The translations under genes were made by a program, and so were the position numbers. 64,000 bases of DNA, from assembly GCA_964016885.1 (NCBI GenBank), contig OZ024743.1, positions 372,248,001 to 372,312,000 of the forward strand. Direction: 5' to 3'. This document shows, in pieces, positions 42,901 to 57,900 of the stretch. This stretch comes from Eledone cirrhosa (lineage: Eukaryota). Positions within the stretch are counted from its first letter, which is position 1, and the number at the start of each line of letters is the position of its first letter. The notes under the pieces were generated by a model, which did not search any database, was not told the DNA's origin, and saw only the letters and a program-made list of their open reading frames with translations.

Positions 42901-45900
42901 TCACAACTACTGTAAGTCCACTGTATCAACACCACAGTCACAACTACTGTAAGACCACTGTATCAACACCATAGTCACAACTACTGTAAGACCACTGTAT
43001 CAACACCACAGTCACACCTACTGTAAGATCAATGTATCAACACCATAGTCACAACTACTGTAATGCCACTGTATCAACACCACAGTCACAACTACTGTAA
43101 GACCACTGTATCAACACCATAGTCACAACTACTGTAAGATCACTGTATCAACACCATAGTCACAACTACTGTAAGTCCACTGTATCAACACCATAGTCAC
43201 AACTACTGTAAGACTACTGAATCAACACCTCAGTCACAACTACTGTAAGACCACTGTATCAACACCTTAGTCACAACTACTGTAAGACCACTGTATCAAC
43301 ACCATAGTCACACCTAGTGTAACATCACTGTATCAACACCATAGTCACAACTACTGTAAGACTAATGAATCAACACCTCAGTCACAACTACTGTAAGACC
43401 ACTGTATCAACACCTTAGTCATAACTACTGTAAGACCACTGTATCAACACCATAGTCATAACTACTGAAAGTCCTCTCTATCAACACCACAACCACAACT
43501 ACTCTAAGACCACTGTCTCAACACCACAGTCACAACTACTGTAAGACCACTGTATCAACACCACAGTCACAACTACTGTAAGACCACTGTATCAACACCA
43601 CAGCCACAACTACTGTAAGACCACTGTATCAACACCATAGTTACAACTATTGTAAGACCACTGTATCAACACCGTAGTCACAACTACTGTAAGACCACTG
43701 TATCAACACCACTGCCACAACTACTGTAAGACCACTGTAACAACACCATAATCACAACTACTGTAAGACCACTGTATCAACACCGTAGTCACAACTACTG
43801 TAAGACCACTGTATCAACACCACAGTCATAACTACTGTAAGACCACTGTATCAACACCACAGTCACAACTACGGTAAGACCACTGTATCAACACCCCACT
43901 CACAACTACTGTAAGACCACTGTATCAACCCCATAGTCACAACTACTGTAAGACCACTGTATCAACACCACAGTCACAACTACTGTAAGACCACTGTATC
44001 AACACCATAGTCACAACTACTGTAAGACCACTGTATCAACACCACAGTCACAACTACTGTAAGTCCACTGTATCAACACCATAGTCACAACTACTGTAAG
44101 ACTACTGAATCAACACCACAGTCACAACTACTGTAAGACCACTGTGTCAACACCTTAGTCATAACTACTGTAAGACCACTGTATCAACACCATAGTCACA
44201 ACTACTGTAAGACCACTGTATCAACAACATAGTAACAACTACTGTAAGACCACTGTATCAACACCATAGTCATAACTACCGTAAGACAACTGTATCAACA
44301 CCATAGTCATAACTACTGTAAGACCACTGTATCAACAGAACAGTCTCAACTACTGTAAGACCACTGTATCAACACCATAGTCACACCTGCTGTAAGATCA
44401 CTGTATCAACACCATAGTCACAACTACTGTAAGGCCACTGTATCAACACCACAGTCACAACTACTGTAAGACCACTGTATCAACGCCATAGTCACAACTA
44501 CTGTAAGACCACTGTATCAACACCACAGTCACACCTACTGTAAGATCAATGTATCAACACCATAGTCACAACTACTGTAAGGCCACTGTATCAACACCAC
44601 AGTCACAACTACAGTAAGACCACTGTATCAACACCATAGTCACAACTACTGTAAGATCACTGTATCAACACCATAGTCACAACTACTGTAAGTCCACTGT
44701 ATCAACACCATAGTCACAACTACTGTAAGACTACTGAATCAACACCTCAGTCACAACTACTGTAAGACCACTGTATCAACACCTTAGTCACAACTACTGT
44801 AATACCACTGTATCAACACCATAGTCACACCTACTGTAACATCACTGTATCAACACCATAGTCACAACTACTGTAAGGCCACTGTATCAACACCACAGTC
44901 ACAACTACTGTAAGTCCACTGTATCAACACCATAGTCACAACTACTGTAAGACTACTGAATCAACACCTTAGTCATAACTACTGTAAGACCACTGTATCA
45001 ACACCATAGTCATAACTACTGAAAGTCTTCTCCATCAAAACCATAGTTACAACTACTGTAAGACCACTGTATCAACACCATAGTCACAACTACTGTAAGA
45101 CCACTGTATCAACACCATAGTCATAACTACTGTAAGACCACTGTATCAATACCACAGCCACAACTACTCTGAGACCACTGTATCAACACCATAGTCACAA
45201 CTACTGTAAGACCACTGTAAGAATATCATGGTCACAACCACTGTAAGACCACTGTATCAACACCACAGTCACAACTATTTTAAGACCACTGTATCATCAC
45301 CATAGTCACAACTACTGTAAGATCACTGTATCAACACCATAGTTACAACTACTGTAAAATCACTGTATCAACACCATAGTCATAACTACTGTAAGACCAC
45401 TGTATCAACACCATAGTCACAACTACTGTAAGACCACTGTATCAACAACATAGTAACAACTACTGTAAGACCACTGTATCAACACCATAGTCATAACTAC
45501 CGTAAGACCACTGTATCAACACCATAGTCATAACTACCGTAAGACCACTGTATCAACACCATAGTCACACCTGCTGTAAGATCACTGTATCAACACCATA
45601 GTCACAACTACTGTAAGTCCACTGTATCAACACCACAGTCACAACTACTGTAAGACCACTGTATCAACACCATAGTCACAACTACTGTAAGACCACTGTA
45701 TCAACACCACAGTCACACCTACTGTAAGATCAATGTATCAACACCATAGTCACAACTACTGTAATGCCACTGTATCAACACCACAGTCACAACTACTGTA
45801 AGACCACTGTATCAACACCATAGTCACAACTACTGTAAGATCACTGTATCAACACCATAGTCACAACTACTGTAAGTCCACTGTATCAACACCATAGTCA

Positions 45901-48900
45901 CAACTACTGTAAGACTACTGAATCAACACCTCAGTCACAACTACTGTAAGACCACTGTATCAACACCTTAGTCACAACTACTGTAAGACCACTGTATCAA
46001 CACCATAGTCACACCTAGTGTAACATCACTGTATCAACACCATAGTCACAACTACTGTAAGACTAATGAATCAACACCTCAGTCACAACTACTGTAAGAC
46101 CACTGTATCAACACCTTAGTCATAACTACTGTAAGACCACTGTATCAACACCATAGTCATAACTACTGAAAGTCCTCTCTATCAACACCACAACCACAAC
46201 TACTCTAAGACCACTGTCTCAACACCACAGTCACAACTACTGTAAGACCACTGTATCAACACCACAGTCACAACTACTGTAAGACCACTGTATCAACACC
46301 ACAGCCACAACTACTGTAAGACCACTGTATCAACACCATAGTTACAACTATTGTAAGACCACTGTATCAACACCGTAGTCACAACTACTGTAAGACCACT
46401 GTATCAACACCACTGCCACAACTACTGTAAGACCACTGTAACAACACCATAATCACAACTACTGTAAGACCACTGTATCAACACCGTAGTCACAACTACT
46501 GTAAGACCACTGTATCAACACCACAGTCATAACTACTGTAAGACCACTGTATCAACACCACAGTCACAACTACGGTAAGACCACTGTATCAACACCCCAC
46601 TCACAACTACTGTAAGACCACTGTATCAAGCCCATAGTCACAACTACTGTAAGACCACTGTATCAACAACACAGTCACAACTACTCTAAGACCACTGTAT
46701 CAACACCTAAGTCACAACTACTGTAAGACCACTATATTAACACCACAGTCACAACTATTGTAAGACCATTGTATCATCACCATAGTCATAACTACTGTAA
46801 GACCACTGTATCAACACCACAGTCACAACTACTGTGAGACCACTGTATCAACACCATAGTCACAACTACTGTAAGACCACTGTATCCACACCATAGTCAC
46901 AACTACTGTAAGAACACTGTATCAACACCATAGTCATAACTACTGTAAGACCACTGTATGAACACCATAATCACAACTACTGTAAGACCACTGTATCAAC
47001 ACCATAGTCATAACTACCGTAAGACCACTGTATCAACACCATAGTCATAACTACTGTAAGACCACTGTATCAACACCATAGTCACAACTACTGTAAGACC
47101 ACTGTATCAACACCATAGTCATAACTACTGTAAGACCACTGTATCAACACCATGGTCATAAATACTGAAAGTCCTCTGATCAACACCATAGTTACAACTA
47201 CTGTAAGACCACTGTATCAACACCATAGTCATAACTACCGTAAGACCACTGTATCAACACCATAGTCATAACTACTGTACGACCACTGTATCAACACCAT
47301 AGTCATAACTACTGTAAGACCACTGTATCAACACCATGGTCATAAATACTGAAAGTCCTCTGTATCAACACCACAGTCACACCTACTGTAAGATCACTGT
47401 ATCAACACCATAGTCACAACTACTGTAAGACCACTGTATCAACAACACAGTCACAACTACTCTAAGACCACTGTATCAACACCACAGTCACAACTACTGT
47501 AAGACAACTATATTAACACCACAGTCACAACTATTGTAAGACCACTGTATCATCACCATAGTCATAACTACTGTAAGACCACTGTATCAACACCACAATC
47601 ACAACTACTGTAAGACCACTGTATCAACACCATAATCACAACTACTGTAAGACCACTGTATCCACACCATAGTCACAACTACTGTAAGAACACTGTATCA
47701 ACACCATAGTCATAACTACTGTAAGACCACTGTATGAACACCATAATCACAACTACTGTAAGACCACTGTATCAACACCATAGTCATAACTACCGTAAGA
47801 CCACTGTATCAACACCATAGTCATAACTACTGTAAGACCACTGTATCAACACCATAGTCACAACTACTGTAAGACCACTGTATGAACACCATAGTCACAA
47901 CTACTGTAAGACCACTGTATCAACACCACAGTCACAACTACTGTAAGACCACTGTATCAACACCTTAGTCATAACTACTGTAAGACCACTGTATCAACAC
48001 CATAGTCATAACTACTGAAAGTCCTCTCTATCAACACCACAGCCACAACTACTCTAAGACCACTGTATCAACACCATAGTCACAACTACTGTAAGACCAC
48101 TGTATAAACACCTTAGTCACAACTACTGTAAGACCACTGTATCAACACCATAGTCACAACTACTGTAAGACCCCTATATAAACACCACAGTCACAACTAC
48201 TGTAAGTCCACTGTATCAACACCATAGTCACAACTACTGTAAGACCACTGTATCAACACCATAATCACAACTACTGTAAGACCACTGTATCAACACCATT
48301 GTCACAACTACTGTAAGACCACTGTATCTACACCACAGTCACAACTACTGTAAGACCACTGTATCAACACCACAGTCACAACTACTGTAAGACCACTGTA
48401 TCAACACCACAGCCACAACTACTGTAAGACCACTGTATCAACACCATAGTTACAACTACTGTAAGACCACTGTATCAACACCGTAGTCACAACTACTGTA
48501 AGACCACTGTATCAACACCACTGCCACAACTACTGTAAGACCACTGTAACAACACCATAATCACAACTACTGTAAGACCACTGTATCAACACCGTAGTCA
48601 CAACTACTGTAAGACCACTGTATCAACACCACAGTCATAACTACTGTAAGACCACTGTATCAACACCACAGTCACAACTACGGTAAGACCACTGTATCAA
48701 CACCCCACTCACAACTACTGTAAGACCATTGTATCAACCCCACAGTCACAACTACTGTAAGACCACTGTATCATCACCATAGTCACAACTACTGTAAGAC
48801 CACTGTATCAACAACACAGTCACAACTACTCTAAGACCACTGTATCAACACCACAGTCACAACTACTCTAAGACCACTGTATCAACACCACAGTCACAAC

Positions 48901-51900
48901 TACTGTAAGACAACTGTATCAACACCATAGTCATAACTACCGTAAGACCACTGTATCAACAGCAGAGTCATAAGACCACTGTATCAACACCATAGTCACA
49001 ACTACAGTAAGACCACTGTATCAACACCGCAGTCATAACTACTCTAAGACCACTGTATCAACACCATAGTCACAACTATTTTAAGACCACTGTATCAACA
49101 CCACAGTCACAACTAGAGTAAGACCACTGTATCAACACCATAGTCACAACTACTGTAAGACCACTGTATCAACACCATAGTCACAACTACTGTAAGACCA
49201 CTGTATGAACACCATAGTCATAACTACCGTAAGACCACTGTATCACCACCATAGTCATAACTACGGTAAGACCACTGTATCAACACCACAGTCATAACTA
49301 CTGTAAGACCACTGTATCAACACCACAGCCACAACTACTGTAAGACCACTGTATCAACACCACAGTATCAACACCGCAGTCACAACTACTCTAAGACCAC
49401 TGTATCAACACCACAGTCACAACTACTGTAAGACAACTGTATCAACACCATAGTCATAACTACCGTAAGACCACTGTATCAACAGCAGAGTCATAAGACC
49501 ACTGTATCAACACCATAGTCACAACTACAGTAAGACCACTGTATCAACACCGCAGTCATAACTACTCTAAGACCACTGTATCAACACCATAGTCACAACT
49601 ATTTTAAGACCACTGTATCAACACCACAGCCACAACTACTCTAAGACCACTGTATCAACACCATAGTCACAACTACTGTAAGACCACTGTATAAACACCT
49701 TAGTCACAACTACTGTAAGACCACTGTATCAACACCATAATCACAACTACTGTAAGACCACTGTATCAACACCATAGTCACAACTACTGTAAGACCACTA
49801 TATAAACACCACAGTCACAACTACTGTAAGTCCACTGTATCAACACCATAGTCACAACTACTGTAAGACCACTGTATCAACACCATAATCACAACTACTG
49901 TAAGACCACTGTATCAACACCATTGTCACAACTACTGTAAGACCACTGTATCAACACCATAGTCATAACCACCGTAAGACCACTGTATCAATACCATAGT
50001 CATAACTACTGTACGACCACTGTATCAACACCATAGTCATAACTACTGTAAGACCAATGTATCAACACCATGGTCATAAATACTGAAAGTCCTCTGTATC
50101 AACACAATAGTCACAACTACTGTAAGACCACTGTATCAAAAACCACAGCCACAACTACTGTAAGACCACTGTATCAACACCACAGTCACAACTATTTTAA
50201 GAACACTGTATCATCTCCATAGTCATAACTACTGTAAGACTACTGTATCAACATCATAGTCACAACTACTGTAAGATCACTGTATCAACACCATAGTCAC
50301 AACTACTGTAAAATCACTGTATCAACACCATAGTCATAACTACCGTAAGACCACTGTATCAACACCATAGTCACAACTACTGTAAGACCACTGTATCAAC
50401 ACCATAGTAACAACTACTGTAAGACCACTGTATCAACACCATAGTCATAACAACCGTAAGACAACTGTATCAACACCATAGTCATAACTACTGTAAGACC
50501 ACTGTATCAACAGAACAGTCACAACTACTGTAAGACCACTGTATCAACACCATAATCACAACTACTGTAAGACCACTGTATCAACACCATTGTCACAACT
50601 ACTGTAAGACCACTGTATCTACACCACAGTCACAACTACTGTAAGACCACTGTATCAACACCACAGTCACAACTACTGTAAGACCACTGTATCAACACCA
50701 CAGCCACAACTACTGTAAGACCACTGTATCAACACCATAGTTACAACTACTGTAAGACCACTGTATCAACACCGTAGTCACAACTACTGTAAGACCACTG
50801 TATCAACACCACTGCCACAACTACTGTAAGACCACTGTAACAACACCATAATCACAACTACTGTAAGACCACTGTATCAACACCGTAGTCACAATTACTG
50901 TAAGACCACTGTATCAACACCACAGTCAAAACTACTGTAAGACCACTGTATCAACACCACAGTCACAACTACGGTAAGACCACTGTATCAACACCCCACT
51001 CACAACTACTGTAAGACCACTGTATCAACCCCACAGTCACAACTACTCTAAGACCACTGTATCAACACCACAGTCACAACTACTGTAAGACAACTGTATC
51101 AACACCATAGTCATAACTACCGTAAGACCACTGTATAACAGCAGAGTCATAAGACCACTGTATCAACACCATAGTCACAACTACAGTAAGACCACTGTAT
51201 CAACACCGCAGTCATAACTACTCTAAGACCACTGTATCAACACCATAGTCAAAACTATTTTAAGACCACTGTATCAACGCCACCGTCACAACTAGAGTAA
51301 GACCACTATAAGAACACCATGGGCACAACCACTGTAAGACCACTGTATCAACACCACAGTCACAACTGCTCTAAGACCACTGTATCAACACCATAGTCAC
51401 AACTACTGTAAGACCACTGTATAAACACCTTAGTCACAACTACTGTAAGACCACTGTATCAACACCATAATCACAACTACTGTAAGACCACTGTATCAAC
51501 ACCATAGTCACAACTACTGTAAGACCACTGTATCAACACCACAGTCACAACTACTGTATGACCACTGTATCCACACCATAGTCACAACTACTGTAAGACC
51601 AATGTATCAACACCATAGTTACAACTACTGTAAGACCACTGTATCAACACCACAGTCACAACTACTGTAAGACCACTGTATCAACACCCCACTCACAACT
51701 ACTGTAAGACCACTGTATCAACACCACAGTCACAACTACTGTAAGACCACTGTATCAACACCATAGTCACAACTACTGTAAGACCACTGTATCAACAGCA
51801 CAGTCACAACTACTCTAAGACCACTGTATCAACACCACAGTCACAACTACTGTAAGACCACTGTATCAACACCATAGTTACAACTACTGTAAGACCACTG

Positions 51901-54900
51901 TATCAACACCGTAGTCACAACTACTGTAAGACCACTGTATCAACACCATAGTCATAACTACTGTAAGACTACTGTATCAACACCATAGTCACAACTACTG
52001 TATGATCACTGTATCAACCCCATAGTCACAACTACTGTAAAAAACTGTATCAACACCATAGTCATAACTACCGTAAGACCACTGTATCAACACCATAGTC
52101 ATAACTACTGTAAGACCACTGTATCAACACCACAGTCATAACTACTCTAAGACCACTGTATCAACACCATAGTCACAACTATTGTAAGACCACTGTATCA
52201 ACACCACAGTCACAACTACAGTAAGACCACTGTATCAACACCATAGTCACAACTACTGTAAGACCACAGTATCAACACCATAGTCACAACTACTGTAAGA
52301 CCACTGTATGAACACCATAGTCATAACTACCGTAAGACCTCTGTATCAACACCATAGTCATAACTACTGTAAGACCACTGTATCAACACCACAGTCATAA
52401 CTACTGTAAGACCACTGTATCAACACCATAGTCATAACTATTGAAAGACCTCCGTATCAATACCATAGTCACAACTACTGTAAGACCACTGTATCAACAC
52501 CAGAGCCACAACTACTATAAGACCACTGTATCAACACCACAGTCATAACTATTGTAAGACCACTGTATGAACACCATAGTCATAACTACTGAAAGTCCTC
52601 TGTATCAACACCATAGTCACAACTACAGTAAGACCATTGTATCAACACCATAGTCATAACTACTGAAATTCGTCTCTATCAACACCATAGTTACAACTAC
52701 TGTAAGACCACTGTATCAACACCATAGTCACAACTACTGTAAGACCACTGTATCAACACCATAGTCATAACTACTGTAAGAACAATGTAACAATACCACA
52801 GCCACAACTACTCTGAGACCACTGTATCAACACCATAGTCACAACTACTGTAAGACCAATGTATCAACACCTCAGACACAACTACTGTAAGACCACTGTA
52901 AGAACATCATGGTCACAACCACTGTAAGACCACTGTATTAACACCATAGTCACAACTACTGTAAGACCACTGTATAAAAACCACAGTCACAACTACTGTA
53001 AGACTACTGTATCAACACCATAATCACAACTACTGTAAGACCACTGTATCAACACCATAGTCACAACTACTGTAAGACCACTGTATCAACACCACTGTCA
53101 CAACTACTGTAAGACCACTGTATCAACACCATAATCACAACTACTGTAAGGCCACTGTATCCACACCATAGTCACAACTACTGTAAGACCAATGTATCAA
53201 CACCATAGTTACAACTACTGTAAGACCACTGTATCAACACCACAGTCACAACTACTGTAAGACCACTGTATCAACACCCCACTCAGAACTACTGTAAGAC
53301 CACTGTATCAACACCACAGTCACAACTACTGTAAGACCACTGTATCAACACCACAGTCACAACTACTGTAAGACTACTGAATCAACACCTCAGTCACAAC
53401 TACTGTAAGACCACTGTATCAACACCATAGTTACAACTACTGTAAGACCACTGTATCAACACCGTAGTCACAACTACTGTAAGACCACTGTATCAACACC
53501 ATAGTCATAACTACTGTAAGATCACTGTATCAACACCATAGTCACAACTACTGTAAAAAAACTGTATCAACACCATAGTCATAACTACCGTAAGACCACT
53601 GTATCAACACCATAGTCGTAACTACTGTAAGACCACTGTATCAACACCACAGTCATAACTACTCTAAGACCACTGTATCAACACCATAGTCACAACTATT
53701 GTAAGACCACTGTATCAACACCACAGTCACAACTACAGTAAGACCACTGTATCAACACCATAGTCACAACTACTGTAAGACCACAGTATCAACACCATAG
53801 TCACAACTACTGTAAGACCACTGTATGAACACCATAGTCATAACTACTGTAAGACCACTGTATCAACACCACAGTCATAACTACTGTAAGACCACTGTAT
53901 CAACACCATAGTCATAACTATTGAAAGACCTCCGTATCAATACCATAGTCACAACTACTGTAAGACCACTGTATCAACACCACATTCACAACTATTGTAA
54001 GACCACTGTATGAACACCATAGTCACAACTACTGTAAGACCACTGTATGAACACCACAGTCACAACTATTGTAAGACCACTGTATCATCACCATAGTCAT
54101 AACTACTGTAAGACTACTGTATCAACACCATAGTCATAACTACCGTAAGACCACTGTATCAACACCATAGTCATAACTACTGTAAGACCACTGTATCAAC
54201 AGAACAGTCACAACTACTGTAAGACCACTGTATCAACACCACAGTCACAACTACTGTAAGACCACTGTATCAACACCATAGTCACAACTACTATAAGACC
54301 ACTGTATCAACAACACAGTCACAACTACTCTAAGACCACTGTATCAACACCATAGTCATAACTAACGTAAGACCAATGTATCAACACCGTAGCCATAACT
54401 ACTGTAAGACCACTGTATCAACAGAACAGTCAACCTTAGTGTAAGACCACTGTATCAACACCATAGTCACAACTACTGTAAGACCACTGTATCAACACCA
54501 TAGTCATAACTACCGTGAGACCACTGTATCAACACTATAGTCACAACTACTGTAAGACCACTGTATCAACACCATAGTCATAACTACCGTAAGACCTCTG
54601 TATCAACACCATAGTCATAACTACTGTACGGCCACTGTATCAACACCACAGTCATAACTACTGTAAGACCACTGTATCAACAGCATAGTCATAAGACAAC
54701 TGTATCAACACCATAGTCACAACTACAGTAAGGCCACTGTATCAACACCACAGTCATAACTACTCTAAGACCACTGTATCAACACCATAGTCACAACTAT
54801 TGTAAGACCACTGTATCAACACCACAGTCACAACTACAGTAAGACCACTGTATCAACACCATAGTCACAACTACTGTAAGACCACAGTATCAACACCATA

Positions 54901-57900
54901 GTCACAACTACTGTAAGACCACTGTATGAACACCATAGTCATAACTACCGTAAGACCTCTGTATCCACACCATAGTCATAACTACTGTACGGCCACTGTA
55001 TCAACACCACAGTCATAACTACTGTAAGACCACTGTATCAACACCATAGTCATAACTATTGAAAGTCCTCTGTATCAACACCATAGTCACAACTACTGTA
55101 AGACCACTGTATCAACACCACCGCCACAACTACTGTAAGACCATTGTATCAACACCACAGTCACAACTATTGTAAGACCACTGTATCAACACCATAGTCA
55201 CAACTACTGTAAGACCACTGTATGAACACCATAGTCATAACTACTGAAAGTCCTCTGTATCAACACCATAGTCACAACTACTGTAAGACCATTGTATCCA
55301 CACCACAGCCAGAACTACTGTAAGACCAATGTATCAACACCACAGTCACAACTATTGTAAGACCACTGTATCATCACCATAGTCATAACTACTGTAAGAC
55401 TACTGTATCAACACCATAGTCACAACTACTGTAAAAACACTGTATCAACACCATAGTCATAACTATTGTAAGACCACTGTATCAACACCATAGTCACAAC
55501 TACTGTAAGACCACTGTATCAACACCATAGTAACAACTACTGTAAGACCACTGTATCAACACCATAGTCATAACTACTGTAAGACCACTGTATCAACACC
55601 ATAGTCATAACTACTGTATGACCACTGTATCAACAGAACAGTCACAACTACTGTAAGACCACTGTATCAACACCATAGTCACACCTACTGTAATATCACT
55701 GTATCAACACCATAGTAACAACTACTGTAAAACCACTGTATCAACACCATAGTCACAACTACTGTAAGGCCACTGTATCCACACCATAGTAACAACTACT
55801 GTAAGATCACTGTATCAACACCATAGTCACAACTAGTGTAAGACCACTGTATCAACACCATAGTCACAACTACTGAAAGTCCTCTCTATCAACACCATAG
55901 TTACAACTACTGTAAGACCACTGTATCAACACCATAGTCACAACTACTGTAAGACCACTGTATCAACACCATAGTCATAACTACTGTAAGACCACTGTAT
56001 CAACACCATAGTCACAACTATTGTAAGACCACTGTATCAACACCACAGTCACAACTACAGTAAGACGACTGTATCAACACCATAGTCACAACTACTGTAA
56101 GACCACAGTATCAACACCATAGTCACAACTACTGTAAGACCACTGTATGAACACCATAGTCATAACTACCGTAAGACCTCTGTATCAACACCATAGTCAT
56201 AACTACTGTAAGACCACTGTATCAACACCACAGTCATAACTATTGAAAGACCTCCGTATCAATACCATAGTCACAACTACTGTAAGACCACTGTATCAAC
56301 ACCAGAGCCACAACTACTATAAGACCACTGTATCAACACCACATTCACAACTATTGTAAGACCACTGTATGCACACCATAGTCACAACTACTGTAAGACC
56401 ACTGTATGAACACCACAGTCACAACTATTGTAAGACCACTGTATCATCACCATAGTCATAACTACTGTAAGACTACTGTATCAACACCATAGTCACAACT
56501 ACTGTAAGATCACTGTATCAACACCATAGTCACAACTACTGTAAAAAAACTGTATCAACACCATAGTCATAACTACCGTAAGACCACTGTATCAACACCA
56601 TAGTCATAACTACTGTAAGACCACTGTATCAACAGAACAGTCACAACTACTGTAAGACCACTGTATCAACACCACAGTCACAACTACTGTAAGACCACTG
56701 TATCAACACCATAGTCACAACTACTATAAGACCACTGTATCAACAACACAGTCACAACTACTCTAAGACCACTGTATCAACACCATAGTCATAACTAACG
56801 TAAGACCAATGTATCAACACCGTAGCCATAACTACTGTAAGACCACTGTATCAACAGAACAGTCAACCTTAGTGTAAGACCACTGTATCAACACCATAGT
56901 CACAACTACTGTAAGACCACTGTATCAACACCATAGTCATAACTACCGTGAGACCACTGTATCAACACCATAGTCATAACTACTGTAAGACCACTGTATC
57001 AACACCACAGTCATAACTACTCTAAGACCACTGTATCAACACCATAGTCACAACTATTGTAAGACCACTGTATCAACACCACAGTCACAACTACAGTAAG
57101 ACCACTGTATCAACACCATAGTCACAACTACTGTAAGACCACAGTATCAACACCATAGTCACAACTACTGTAAGACCACTGTATGAACACCATAGTCATA
57201 ACTACCGTAAGACCTCTGTATCAACACCATAGTCATAACTACTGTAAGACCACTGTATCAACACCACAGTCATAACTACTGTAAGACCACTGTATCAACA
57301 CCATAGTCATAACTATTGAAAGACCTCCGTATCAATACCATAGTCACAACTACTGTAAGACCACTGTATCAACACCAGAGCCACATCTACTATAAGACCA
57401 CTGTATCAACACCACAGTCACAACTATTGTAAGACCACTGTATCAACACCATAGTCACAACTACTGTAAGACCACTGTATGAACACCATAGTCATAACTA
57501 CTGAAAGTCCTCTGTATCAACACCATAGTCACAACTACTGTAAGACCATTGTATCAACACCATAGTCATAACTACTGAAATTCGTCTCTATCAACACCAT
57601 AGTTACAACTACTGTAAGACCACTTTATCAACACCATAGTCACAACTACTGTAAGACCACTGTATCAACACCATAGTCATAACTACTGTAAGAACAATGT
57701 ATCAATACCACAGCCACAACTACTCTGAGACCACTGTATCAACACCATAGTCACAACTACTGTAAGACCACTGTAAGAACATCATGGTCACAACCACTGT
57801 AAGACCACTGTATTAACACCATAGTCACAACTACTGTAAGACCACTGTATAAACACCACAGTCACAACTACTGTAAGACCACTGTATCAACACCATAATC

